Origin: Eledone cirrhosa
Taxonomy: Eukaryota
Direction: 5' to 3'
DNA length: 64,000 bases
Assembly (NCBI GenBank): GCA_964016885.1
Contig: OZ024744.1
Location: forward strand, 2,294,001-2,358,000
Position 1 is the first letter of the stretch; each line of letters starts with the position of its first letter. Both the position numbers and the translations under genes were made by a program. Of this stretch, positions 1 through 12,500 are shown piece after piece. The notes under the pieces are model-generated. The model searched no databases, was not told where the DNA came from, and worked only from the letters and a program-made list of their open reading frames with translations.

Positions 1-969
1 CTCTACCTTGTCTCCCCTCAAAACGTCGTTCTTCACCAAGCTATCTTTCTCTACCCATTCTTCCCTCAAAACTTCGTTCTTCACCAAGCTATATTTCTCT
101 ACCTTGTCTCCCCCCAAAACTTCGTTCTTCACCAAGCTATCTTTCTCTACCTTGCCTTCCCTCAAAACTTCGTTCTTCATCAAGCTATCTTTCTCTACTT
201 TGTCTTCCCTCAAAACTTCGTTCTTCACCAAGCTAACTTTCTCTACCTTGTCTTCCCTCAAAACTTCGTTCTTCATCAAGCTATCTTTCTCTACCTTGTC
301 TTCGCTCAAAACTTCGTTCTTCACCAAGCTATCTATCTCTACCTTGTCTACCCCCAAAAGTTCGTTCTTCACCAAGCTATCTTTCTCTACCTTGTCTTCC
401 CCCAAAACATCGTTCTTCACCAAGCTATCTCTCTCTACCTTGTCTCCCCTCAAAACGTCGTTCTTCACCAAGCTATCTTTCTCTACCCATTCTTCCCTCA
501 AAACTTCGTTCTTCACCAAGCTATCTTTCTCTACCTTGTCTTCCCCCAAAACTTCGTTCCTCACCAAGCTATCTTTCTCTACCTTGTCTTCCCTCAAAAC
601 TTCGTTCTTCACCAAGCTATGTTTCTCTACCTCGTCTTCCCCCAAAACTTCCTTCTTCACCAAGCTATCTTTCTCTACCTTGTCTTCCCTCAAAACGTCG
701 TTCTTCACCAAGCTATCTTTCTCTATCTTGTCTTCCCCCAACACTTCGTTCTTCATCAAGCTATCTTTCTCTACCTTGTCTTCCCTCAAAACATCGTTCT
801 TCACCAAGCTATCTTTCTCTACCTTGTCTTCCTTCAAAACTTCGTTCTTCACCAAGCTATCTTTCTCTACCTTGTCTTCCCTCAAAACGTCGTTCTTCAC
901 CAAGCTCTCTTTCTCTACCTTGTCTTCCTTCAAAACTTCGTTCTTCACCAAGCTATCTTTCTCTACCTT

Positions 970-3600
970 GTCTTCCCCCAAAACTCCGTTCTTCACCAAG
1001 CTATCTTTCTCTACCTTGTCCTCCCCCAAAACTTCGTTCTTCATCAAGCTATCTTTCTCTACCTTGTCTTCCCTCAAAACGTCTTTCTTCACTAAGCTAT
1101 CTTTCTCTACCTTGTCCTCACTCAAAACTTCGTTCTTCACCAAGCTATCTTTCTCTACCTTGTCTACCCCCAAAACTTCGTTCTTCACCAAGCTATCTTT
1201 CTCTACCTTGTCTTCTCCCAAAACTTCGTTCTTCACCAAGCTATCTTTCTCTACCTTGTTTTCCCTCAAAACGTCGTTCTTCACCAAGCTATCTTTCTCT
1301 ACCCATTCTTCCCTCAAAACTTCGTTCTTCACCAAGCTATCTTTCTCTACCTTGTCTTCCCCCAAAACTTCGTTCTTCACCAAGCTATCTTTCTCTACCT
1401 TGCCTTCCCTCAAAACTTCGTTCTTCATCAAGCTATCTTTCTCTACTTTGTCTTCACTCAAAACGTCGTTCTTCACCAAGCTATATTTCTCTACCTTGTC
1501 TTCCCTCAAAACTTCATTCGTTCTTCATCAAGCTATTTTCTCTACCTTGTCTTCCCTCAAAACTTCGTTCTTCACCAAGCTATTTTTCTCTACCTTGCCT
1601 TCCCTCAAAACTTCGTTCTTCATCAAGCTATCTTTCTCTACCTTGTGTTCCCACAAAACGTCGTTCTTCACCAAGCTATCTTTCTCTACCTTGTCTCCCC
1701 TCAAAACGTCGTTCTTCTCCAAGCTATCTTTCTCTACCCATTCTTCCCTCAAAACTTCGTTCTTCACCAAGCTATATTTCTCTACCTTGTCTTCCCTCAA
1801 AACTTCGTTCTTCACCAAGCTATCTTTCTCTACCTTGTCTTCTCCCAAAACTTCGTTCTTCACCAAGCTATCTTTCTCTACCTTGTCTTCCCTCAAAACG
1901 TCGTTCTTCACCAAGCTAACTTTCTCTACCCATTCTTCCCTCAAAACTTCGTTCTTCACCAAGCTATCTTTCTCTACCTTGTCTACCCCCAAAACTTCGT
2001 TCTTCACCAAGCTATCTTTCTCTAGCATGTCTTCCCTCAAAACTTCCTTCTTCACCAAGCTATCTTTCCCTGCCTTGTCTTCCCTCAAAACTTCGTTCTT
2101 CACCAAGCTATCTTTCTCTACCTTGTCTACCCCCAAAACTTCGTTCTTCACCAAGCTATCTTTCTCTACCATGTCTTCCCCCAAAACTTCGTTCTTCACC
2201 AAGCTATCTTTCTCTACCTTGTCTACCCCCAAAAGTTCGTTCTTCACCAAGCTATCTTTCTCTACCTTGTCTTCCCCCAAAACATCGTTCTTCACCAAGC
2301 TATCTCTCTCTACCTTGTCTCCCCTCAAAACGTCGTTCTTCACCAAGCTATCTTTCTCTACCCATTCTTCCCTCAAAACTTCGTTCTTCACCAAGCTATC
2401 TTTCTCTACATTGTCTTCCCCCAAAATTTCGTTCTTCACCAAGCTATCTTTCTCTACCTTGTCTTCCCTCAAAACTTCGTTCTTCACCAAGCTATCTTTC
2501 TCTACCTTGTCTTCCCCCAAAACTTCGTTCCTCACCAAGCTATCTTTCTCTACCTTGTCTTCCCTCAAAACTTCGTTCTTCACCAAGCTATCTTTCTCTA
2601 CCTCGTCTTCCCCCAAAACTTCCTTCTTCACCAAGCTATCTTTCTCTACCTTGTCTTCCCTCAAAACGTCGTTCTTCACCAAGCTATCTTTCTCTATCTT
2701 GTCTTCCCCCAACACTTCGTTCTTCGTCAAGCTATCTTTCTCTACCTTGTCTTCCCTCAAAACGTCGTTCTTCACCAAGCAAATCTTTCTCTACCTTGTC
2801 TTCCCTCAAAACTTCGTTCTTCACCATGCTATCTTTCTCTACCTTGTCTTCCCCCAAAACTCCGTTCTTCATCAAGCTATCTTTCTCTACCTTGTCTTCC
2901 CTCAAAACGTCTTTCTTCACTAAGCTATCTTTCTCTACCTTGTCCTCACTCAAAACTTCGTTCTTCACCAAGCTATCTTTCGCTACCTTGTCTACCCCCA
3001 AAACTTCGTTCTTCACCAAGCTATCTTTCTCTACCTTGTCTACTCCCAAAACTTCGTTCTTCACCAAGCTATCTTTCTCTACCTTGTCTTCCCTCAAAAC
3101 GTCGTTCTTCACCAAGCTATCTTTCTCTACCCATTCTTCCCTCAAAACTTCGTTCTTCACCAAGCTATCTTTCTCTACCTTGTCTTCCCCCAAAACTTCG
3201 TTCTTCACCAAGCTATCTTTCTCTACCTTGCCTTCCCTCAAAACTTCGTTCTTCATCAAGCTATCTTTCTCTACTTTGTCTTCCCTCAAAACGTCGTTCT
3301 TCACCAAGCTATATTTCTCTACCTTGTCTTCCCTCAAAACTTCATTCGTTCTTCATCAAGCTATCTTTCTCTACCTTGCCTTCCCTCAAAACTTCGTTCT
3401 TCATCAAGCTATCTTTCTCTACTTTGTCTTCCCTCAAAACTTCGTTCTTCACCAAGCTATTTTTCTCTACCATGTCTTCCCTCAGAACTTCGTTCTTCAT
3501 CAAGCTATCTTTCTCTACCTTGTGTTCCCACAAAACGTCGTTCTTCACCAAGCTATCTTTCTCTACCTTGTCTCCCCTCAAAACGTCGTTCTTCTCCAAG
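970..3600. repeat. Diverged direct repeat block, offset ~1,828 bp (~0.97-1.75 kb vs ~2.85-3.6 kb)
   Basis: Rare variants are shared in the same order: ACGTCTTTCTTCACTAAG + GTCCTCACTC (~1081-1122 and ~2909-2950), the +4 allele ACTTCATTCGTT (1511 and 3339), and TGTGTTCCCAC (~1644 and ~3521). Confidence 0.75.
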
Positions 3601-6600
3601 CTATCTTTCTCTACCAATTCTTCCCTCAAAACTTCGTTCTTCACCAAGCTATCTTTCTCTACCTTGTCTTCCCCCAAAACTTCGTTCTTCACCAAGCTAT
3701 CTTTCTCTACCTTGTCTTCCCATAAAACTTCGTTCTTCACCAAGCTATCTTTCTTTACCTTGTCTTCCCTCAAAACTTCGTTCTTCACCAAGCTATCTTT
3801 CTCTACCTTGTCTTCTCCCAAAACTTCGTTCTTCACCAAGCTATCTTTCTCTACCTTGTCTTCCCTCAAAACGTCGTTCTTCACCAAGCTATCTTTCTCT
3901 ACCCATTCTTCCCTCAAAACTTCGTTCTTCACCAAGCTATCTTTCCCTACCTTGTCTACCCCCAAAACTTCGTTCTTCACCAAGCTATCTTTCTCTACCT
4001 TGTCTTCCCTCAAAACTTCGTTCTTCACCAAGCTAGCTTTCTCTACCTTGTCTTCACCCAAAACTTCGTTCTTCACCAAGCTATCTTTCTCTACCTTGTC
4101 TTCCCTCAAAACGTCGTTCTTCACCAAGCTATCTTTCTCTACCCATTCTTCCCTCAAAACTTCGTTCTTCACCAAGCTATCTTTCTCATCCTTGTCTTCC
4201 CCCAAAACTTCGTTCTTCACCAAGCTATCTTTCTCTACCTTGCCTTCCCTCAAAGCTTCGTTCTTCATCAAGCTATCTTTCTCTACTTTGTCTTCCCTCA
4301 AAACGTCGTTCTTCACCAAGCTATATTTCTCTACCTTGTCTTCCCTCAAAACTTCGTTCGTTCTTCATCAAGCTATCTTTCTCTACCTTGTCTTCCCTCA
4401 AAACTTCGTTCTTCACCAGGCTATTTTTCTCTACCTTGTCTTCCCTCAAAACTTCGTTCTTCATCAAGCTATCTTTCTCTACCTTGTCTTCCCACAAAAC
4501 GTCGTTCTTCACCAAGCTATCTTTCTCTACCTTGTCTCCCCTCAAAACGTTGTTCTTCTCCAAGCTATCTTTCTCTACCCATTCTTCCCTCAAAACTTCG
4601 TTCTTCACCAAGCTATCTTTCTCTACCTTGTCTTCCCCCAAAACTTCGTTCTTCACCAAGCTATCTTTCTCTACCTTGTCTTCACTCAAAACTTCGTTCT
4701 TCACCAAGCTATCTTTCTCTACCTTGTCTTCCCCCAAAACTTCGTTCCTCACCAAGCTATCTTTCTCTAACTTGTCTTCCCTCAAAACTTCGTTCTTCAC
4801 CAAGCTATCTTTCTCTACCACGTCTTCCCCCAAAACTTCATTCTTCACCAAGCTATCTTTCTCTACCTTATCTTCCCTCAACACTTCGTTCTTCACCAAG
4901 CTATCTTTCTCTACCTTGTCTTCCCCCAACACTTCGTTCTTCATCAAGCTATCTTTCTCTACCTTGTCTTCCCCCAAAACTCCGTTCTTCACCAAGCTGT
5001 CTTTCTCTACCTTGTCCTCCCCCAAAACTTCGTTCTTCATCAAGATATCTTTCTCTACCTTGTCTTCCCACAAAACTTCGTTCTTCACCAAGCTATCTTT
5101 CTCTACCTTGTCTACCCCCAAAACTTCGTTCTTCACCAAGCTATCTTTCTCTACCTTGTCTTCCCTCAAAACTTCGTTCTTCACCAAGCTATCCTTCTCT
5201 CCCTTGTCTTCCCTCAAAACTTCGTTCTTCTCCAAGCTATCTTTCTCTACCTTGTCTACGCCCAAAACTTCGTTCTTCACCAAGCTATCTTTCTCTACCT
5301 TGTCTTCCCTCAAAACTTCGTTCTTCACCAAGCTATCTTTCTCTACCTTGTCTTCCCCCAAAACTTCGTTCTTCACCAAGCTATCTTTCTCTACCTTGCC
5401 TTCCCTCAAAACTTCGTTCTTCATCATGATATCTTTCTCTACTTTGTCTTCCCTCAAAACGTCGTTCTTCACCAAGCTATCTTTCTCTACCTTGTCTTCC
5501 CTCAAAACTTCGTTCGTTCTTCATCAAGCTATCTTTCTCTACCTTGTCTTCCCTCAGAACTTCGTTATTCACCAAGCTATCTTTCTCTACCTTGTCTATC
5601 CCCAAAACTTCGTTCTTTATCAAGCTATCTTTCTCTACCTTGTCTTCCCTCAAAACGTCGTTCTTCACCAAGCTATCTTTCTCTACCTTGTCCTCCCTCA
5701 AAACGTCGTTCTTCACCAAGCTATCTTTCTCTACCTTGTCTTGCCTCAAAACGTCGTTCTTCACCAAGCTATCTTTCTCTACCCATTGTCCCCTCAAAAC
5801 TTCGTTCTTCACCAAGCTATCTTTCTCTACCTTGTCTTCCCCCAAAACTTCGTTCTTCACCAAGCTATCTTTCTCTACCTTGTCTTCCCACAAAACTTCG
5901 TTCTTCACCAAGCTATCTTTCTCTACCTTGTCTTCCCTCAAAACTTCGTTCTTCACCAAGCTATCTTTCTCTACCTTGTCTTCCCCCAAAACTTCGTTCT
6001 TCACCAAGCTATCTTTCTCTACCTTGCCTTCCCTCAAAACTTCGTTCTTCATCAAGATATCTTTCTCTACTTTGTCTTCCCTCAAAACGTCGTTCTTCAC
6101 CAAGCTATCTTTCTCTACCTTGTCTTCCCTCAAAACTTCGTTCGTTCTTCATCAAGCTATCTTTCTCTACCTTGTCTTCCCTCAAAACTTCGTTATTCAC
6201 CAAGCTATCTTTCTCTACCTTGTCTTCCCCCAAAACTTCGTTCTTCATCAAGCTATCTTTCTCTACCTTGTCTTCCCTCAAAACGTCGTTCTTCACCAAG
6301 CTATCTTTATCTACCTTGTCCTCCCTCAAAACGTCGTTCTTCACCAAGCTATCTTTCTCTACCTTGTCTTGCCTCAAAACGTCGTTCTTCACCAAGCTAT
6401 CTTTCTCTACCCATTCTTCCCTCAAAACTTCGTTCTTCACCAAGCTATCTTTCTCTACCATGTCTTCACCCAAAACTTCGTTCTTCACCAAGCTATCTTT
6501 CTCTACCTTGTCTTCCCATAAAACTTCGTTCTTCACCAAGCTATCTTTCTTTACCTTGTCTTCCCTCAAAACTTCGTTCTTCACCAAGCTATCTTTCTCT

Positions 6601-8500
6601 ACCTTGTCTTCCCTCAAAACGTCGTTCTTCACCAAGCTATCTTTCTCTACCCATTCTTCCCTCAAAACTTCGTTCTTCACCAAGCTATCTTTCTCTACCT
6701 TGTCTACCCCCAAAACTTCGTTCTTCACCAAGCTATCTTTCTCTACCTTGTCTTCCCTCAAAACTTCGTTTTTCACCAACTAGCTTTCTCTACCTTGTCT
6801 TCTCCCAAAACTTCGTTCTTCACCAAGCTATCTTTCTCTACCTTGTCTTCCCTCAAAACGTCGTTCTTCACCAAGCTATCTTTCTCTACCCATTCTTCCC
6901 TCAAAACTTCGTTCTTCACCAAGCTATCTTTCTCATCCTTGTCTTCCCCCAAAACTTCGTTCTTCACCAAGCTATCTTTCTCTACCTTGCCTTCCCTCAA
7001 AACTTCGTTCTTCATCAAGCTATCTTTCTCTACTTTGTCTTCCCTCAAAACGTCGTTCTTCACCAAGCTATATTTCTCTACCTTGTCTTCCCTCAAAACT
7101 TCGTTCGTTCTTCATCAAGCTATCTTTCTCTACCTTGTCTTCCCTCAAAACTTCGTTCTTCACCAGGCTATTTTTCTCTACCTTGTCTTCCCTCAAAACT
7201 TCGTTCTTCATCAAGCTATCTTTCTCTACCTTGTCTTCCCACAAAACGTCGTTCTTCACCAAGCTATCTTTCTCTACCTTGTCTCCCCTCAAAACGTTGT
7301 TCTTCTCCAAGCTATCTTTCTCTACCCATTCTTCCCTCAAAACTTCGTTCTTCACCAAGCTATCTTTCTCTACCTTGTCTTCCCTCAAAACTTCGTTTTT
7401 CACCAACTAGCTTTCTCTACCTTGTCTTCTCCCAAAACTTCGTTCTTCACCAAGCTATCTTTCTCTACCTTGTCTTCACTCAAAACTTCGTTCTTCACCA
7501 AGCTCTCTTTCTCTACCTTGTCCTCCCCCAAATTTCGTTCCTCACCAAGCTATCTTTCTCTACCTTGTCTTCCCTCAAAACTTCGTTCTTCACCAAGCTA
7601 TCTTTCTCTACCTCGTCTTCCCCCAAAACTTCATTCTTCACCAAGCTATCTTTCGCTACCTTATCTTCCCTCAACACTTCGTTCTTCACCAAGCTATCTT
7701 TCTCTACCTTGTCTTCCCCCAAAACTCCGTTCTTCACCAAGCTGTCTTTCTCTACCTTGTCCTCCCCCAAAACTTCGTTCTTCATCAAGATATCTTTCTC
7801 TACCTTGTCTTCCCTCAAAACTTCGTTCTTCACCAAGCTATCTTTCTCTACCTTGTCTTCCCTCAAAACTTCGTTCTTCTCCAAGCTATCTTTCTCTACC
7901 TTGTCTACGCCCAAAACTTCGTTCTTCACCAAGCTATCTTTCTCTACCTTGTCTTCCCTCAAAACTTCGTTCTTCACCAAGCTATCTTTCTCTACCTTGT
8001 CTTCCCCCAAAACTTCGTTCTTCACCAAGCTATCTTTCTCTACCTTGCCTTCCCTCAAAACTTCGTTCTTCATCAAGATATCTTTCTCTACTTTGTCTTC
8101 CCTCAAAACGTCGTTCTTCACCAAGCTATCTTTCTCTACCTTGTCTTCCCTCAAAACTTCGTTCGTTCTTCATCAAGCTATCTTTCTCTACCTTGTCTTC
8201 CCTCAAAACTTCGTTATTCACCAAGCTATATTTCTCTACCTTGTCTTCCCTCAAAACGTCGTTCTTCACCAAGCTATCTTTCTCTACCTTGTCCTCCCTC
8301 AAAACGTCGTTCTTCACCAAGCTATCTTTCTCTACCTTGTCTTGCCTCAAAACGTCGTTCTTCACCAAGCTATCTTTCTCTACCCATTCTTCCCTCAAAA
8401 CTTCGTTCTTCACCAAGCTATCTTTCTCTACCTTGTCTTCCCCCAAAACTTCGTTCTTCACCAAGCTATCTTTCTCTACCTTGTCTTCCCATAAAACTTC
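3600..8500. repeat. Imperfect tandem duplication of ~2.65-2.75 kb (~3.6-5.9 kb vs ~6.4-8.5 kb)
   Basis: ORF pairs are offset by 2747 (4349/7096, 4321/7068) and then 2649 (5505/8154, 5477/8126). Shared rare variants: CCCATAAAAC, TTCTCATCC, CACCAGGCTATTT, AAGCTGTC, TACGCCC, TCTTGCCTC. Confidence 0.85.
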
Positions 8501-9561
8501 GTTCTTCACCAAGCTATCTTTCTCTACCTTGTCTTCCCACAAAACGTCGTTCTTCACCAAGCTATCTTTCTCTACCTTGTCTTCCCTCAAAACGTCGTTC
8601 TTCACCAAGCTATCTTTTTCTACCCATTCTTCCCTCAAAACTTCGTTCTTCACCAAGCTATCTTTCTCTACCTTGTCTTCCCTCAAAGCTTCGTTCTTCA
8701 TCAAGCTATCTTTCTCTACCTTGTCTTCCCTCAAAACTTCGTTCTTCACCAAGCTATCTTTCTCTACCTTGCCTTCCCTCAAAACTTCGTTCTTCATCAA
8801 GATATCTTTCTCTACTTTGTCTTCCCTCAAAACGTCGTTCTTCACCAAGCTATCTTTCTCTACCTTGTCTTCCCTCAAAACTTCGTTCGTTCTTCATCAA
8901 GCTATCTTTCTCTACCTTGTCTTCCCTCAAAACTTCGTTATTCACCAAGCTATCTTTCTCTACCTTGTCTTCCCCCAAAACTTCGTTCTTCATCAAGCTA
9001 TCTTTCTCTACCTTGTCTTCCCTCAAAACGTCGTTCTTCACCAAGCTATCTTTCTCTACCTTGTCCTCCCTCAAAACGTCGTTCTTCACCAAGCTATCTT
9101 TCTCTACCTTGTCTTGCCTCAAAACGTCGTTCTTCACCAAGCTATCTTTCTCTACCCATTCTTCCCTCAAAACTTCGTTCTTCACCAAGCTATCTTTCTC
9201 TACCTTGTCTTCCCCCAAAACTTCGTTCTTCACCAAGCTATCTTTCTCTACCTTGTCTTCCCACAAAGCTTCGTTCTTCACCAAGCTATCTTTCTCTACC
9301 TTGTCTTCCCACAAAACGTCGTTCTTCACCAAGCTATCTTTCTCTACCTTGTCTTCCCTCAAAACGTCGTTCTTCACCAAGCTATCTTTCTCTACCCATT
9401 CTTCCCTCAAAACTTCGTTCTTCACCAAGCTATCTTTCTCTACCTTGTCTTCCCTCAAAACTTCGTTCTTCATCAAGCTATCTTTCTCTACCTTGTCTTC
9501 CCACAAAACTTCGTTCTTCACCAAGCTATCTTTCTCTACCTTGTCTCCCCTCAAAACGTCG

Positions 9562-12500
9562 TTCTTCACCAAGCTATCTTTCTCTACCCATTCTTCCCTC
9601 AAAACATCGTTCTTCACCAAGCTATCTTTCTCTACCTTGTCTCCCCCAAAAGTTCGTTCTTCACCAAGCTATCTTTCTCTACCTTGTCTTCCCTCAAAAC
9701 TTCGTTCTTCACCAAGCTATCTTTCTCTACCTTGTCTTCCCCCAAAACTTCGTTCTTCACCAAGCTATCTTTCTCTACCTTGCCTTCCCTCAAAACTTCG
9801 TTCTTCACCAAGCTATCTTTCTCTACCTCGTCTTCCCCCAAAACTTCGTTCTTCACCAAGCTATCTTTCTCTACCTTATCTTCCCTCAACACTTCGTTCT
9901 TCAGCAAGCTATCTTTCTCTACCTTGTCTTCCCTCAAAACGTCGTTCTTCACCAAGCTATCTTTCTCTACCATGTCTTCACCCAACAATTCGTTCTTCAT
10001 CAAGCTATCTTTCTCTACCTTGTCTTCCCTCAAAACGTCGTTCTTCACCAAGCTATCTTTCTCTACCTTGTCTTCCCTCAAAACTTCGTTCTTCACCAAG
10101 CTATCTTTCTCTACCTTCTCTTCCCCCAAAACTCCGTCCTTCACCAAGCTATCTTTCTCTACCTTGTCCTCCCCCAAAACTTCGTTCTTCATCAAGCTAT
10201 CTTTCTCTACCTTGTCTTCCCTCAAAACGTCTTTCTTCACCAAGCTATCTTTCTCTACCTTGCCTTCCCTCAAAACTTCGTTCTTCACCAAGCTATCTTT
10301 CTCTACCTTGTCTACCCCCAAAACTTCGTTCTTCACCAAGCTATCTTTCTCTAGCATGTCTTCCCTCAAAACTTCCTTCTTCACCAAGCTATCTTTCTCT
10401 ATCTTGTCTTCCCCCAACACTTCGTTCTTCATCAAGCTATCTTTCTCTACCTTGTCTTCCCTCAAAACGTCTTTCTTCACCAAGCTATCTTTCTCTACCT
10501 TGTCTTCCCCCAAAACTCCGTTCTTCACCAAGCTATCTTTCTCAACCTTGTCCTCCCCCAAAACTTCGTTCTTCATCAAGCTATCTTTCTCTACCTTGTC
10601 TTCCCTCAAAACGTCGTTCTTCACCAAGCTATCTTTCTCTACCCATTATTCCCTCAAAACTTCGTTCTTCACCAAGCTATCTTTCTCTACCTTGTCTTCC
10701 TTCAAAACGTCGTTCTTCACCAAGCTATCTTTCTCTACCTTGTCTTCCCTCAAAACTTCGGTCGTTCTTCATCAAGCTATCTTTCTCTACCTTGTCTTCC
10801 CTCAAAACGTCGTTCTTCACCAAGCTATCTTTCTCTACCCATTCTTCCCTCAAAACTTCGTTCTTCACCAAGCTATCTTTCTCTACCTTGTCTTCCCTCA
10901 AAACTTCGTTCGTTCTTCATCAAGCTATCTTTCTCTACCTTGTCTTCCCTCAAAACTTCGTTATTCACCAAGCTATCTTTCTCTACCTTGTCTTCCCCCA
11001 AAACTTCGTTCTTCATCAAGCTATCTTTCTCTACCTTGTCTTCCCTCAAAACGTCGTTCTTCACCAAGCTATCTTTCTCTACCTTGTCCTCCCTCAAAAC
11101 GTCGTTCTTCACCAAGCTATCTTTCTCTACCTTGTCTTGCCTCAAAACGTCGTTCTTCACCAAGCTATCTTTCTCTACCCATTCTTCCCTCAAAATTTCG
11201 TTCTTCACCAAGCTATCTTTCTCTACCTTGTCTTCCCCCAAAACTTCGTTCTTCACCAAGCTATCTTTCTCTACCTTGTCTTCCCACAAAACTTCGTTCT
11301 TCACCAAGCTATCTTTCTCTACCTTGTCTTCCCACAAAACGTCGTTCTTCACCAAGCTATCTTTCTCTACCTTGTCTTCCCTCAAAACGTCGTTCTTCAC
11401 CAAGCTATCTTTCTCTACCCATTCTTCCCTCAAAACATCGTTCTTCACCAAGCTATCTTTCTCTACCTTGTCTCCCCCAAAAGTTCGTTCTTCACCAAGC
11501 TATCTTTCTCTACCTTGTCTTCCCTCAAAACTTCGTTCTTCACCAAGCTATCTTTCTCTACCTTGTCTTCCCCCAAAACTTCGTTCTTCACCAAGCTATC
11601 TTTCTCTACCTTGCCTTCCCTCAAAACTTCGTTCTTCACCAAGCTATCTTTCTCTACCTCGTCTTCCCCCAAAACTTCGTTCTTCACCAAGCTATCTTTC
11701 TCTACCTTATCTTACCTCAACACTTCGTTCTTCAGCAAGCTATCTTTCTCTACCTTGTCTTCCCTCAAAACGTCGTTCTTCACCAAGCTATCTTTCTCTA
11801 CCTTGTCTTCACCCAACACTTCGTTCTTCATCAAGCTATCTTTCTCTACCTTGTCTTCCCTCAAAACGTCGTTCTTCACCAAGCTATCTTTCTCTACCTT
11901 GTCTTCCCTCAAAACTTCGTTCTTCACCAAGCTATCTTTCTCTACCTTCTCTTCCCCCAAAACTCCGTCCTTCACCAAGCTATCTTTCTCTACCTTGTCC
12001 TCCCCCAAAACTTCGTTCTTCATCAAGCTATCTTTCTCTACCTTGTCTTCCCTCAAAACGTCTTTCTTCACCAAGCTATCTTTCTCTACCTTGCCTTCCC
12101 TCAAAACTTCGTTCTTCACCAAGCTATCTTTCTCTACCTTGTCTACCCCCAAAACTTCGTTCTTCACCAAGCTATCTTTCTCTACCTTGTCTTCCCTCAA
12201 AACTTCGTTCTTCACCAAGCTACCTTTCTCTACCTTGTCTTCCCTCAAAACGTCGTTCTTCACCAAGCTATCTTTCTCTACCTTGTCTTCCCCCAAAACT
12301 TCGTTCTTCACCAAGCTATCTTTCACTACCTTGTCTTCACCAACAACTTCTTTCTTCACCAAGCTATCTTTCTCTACCTTGTCTTCCCTCAAAACTTCGT
12401 TCTTCATCAAGCTATCTTTCTCTACCTTGTCTTCCCACAAAACGTCGTTCTTCACCAAGCTATCTTTCTCTACCCATTCTTCCCTCAAAACTTCGTTCTT

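Noticed and set aside
72-88. CENP-B box-like 17-mer CTTCGTTCTTCACCAAG in each monomer
   Set aside because: It shares CTTCGTT with the canonical box but matches only 5 of the 9 essential bases of NTTCGNNNNANNCGGGN, lacking A10 and GGG. A functional box is not supported.
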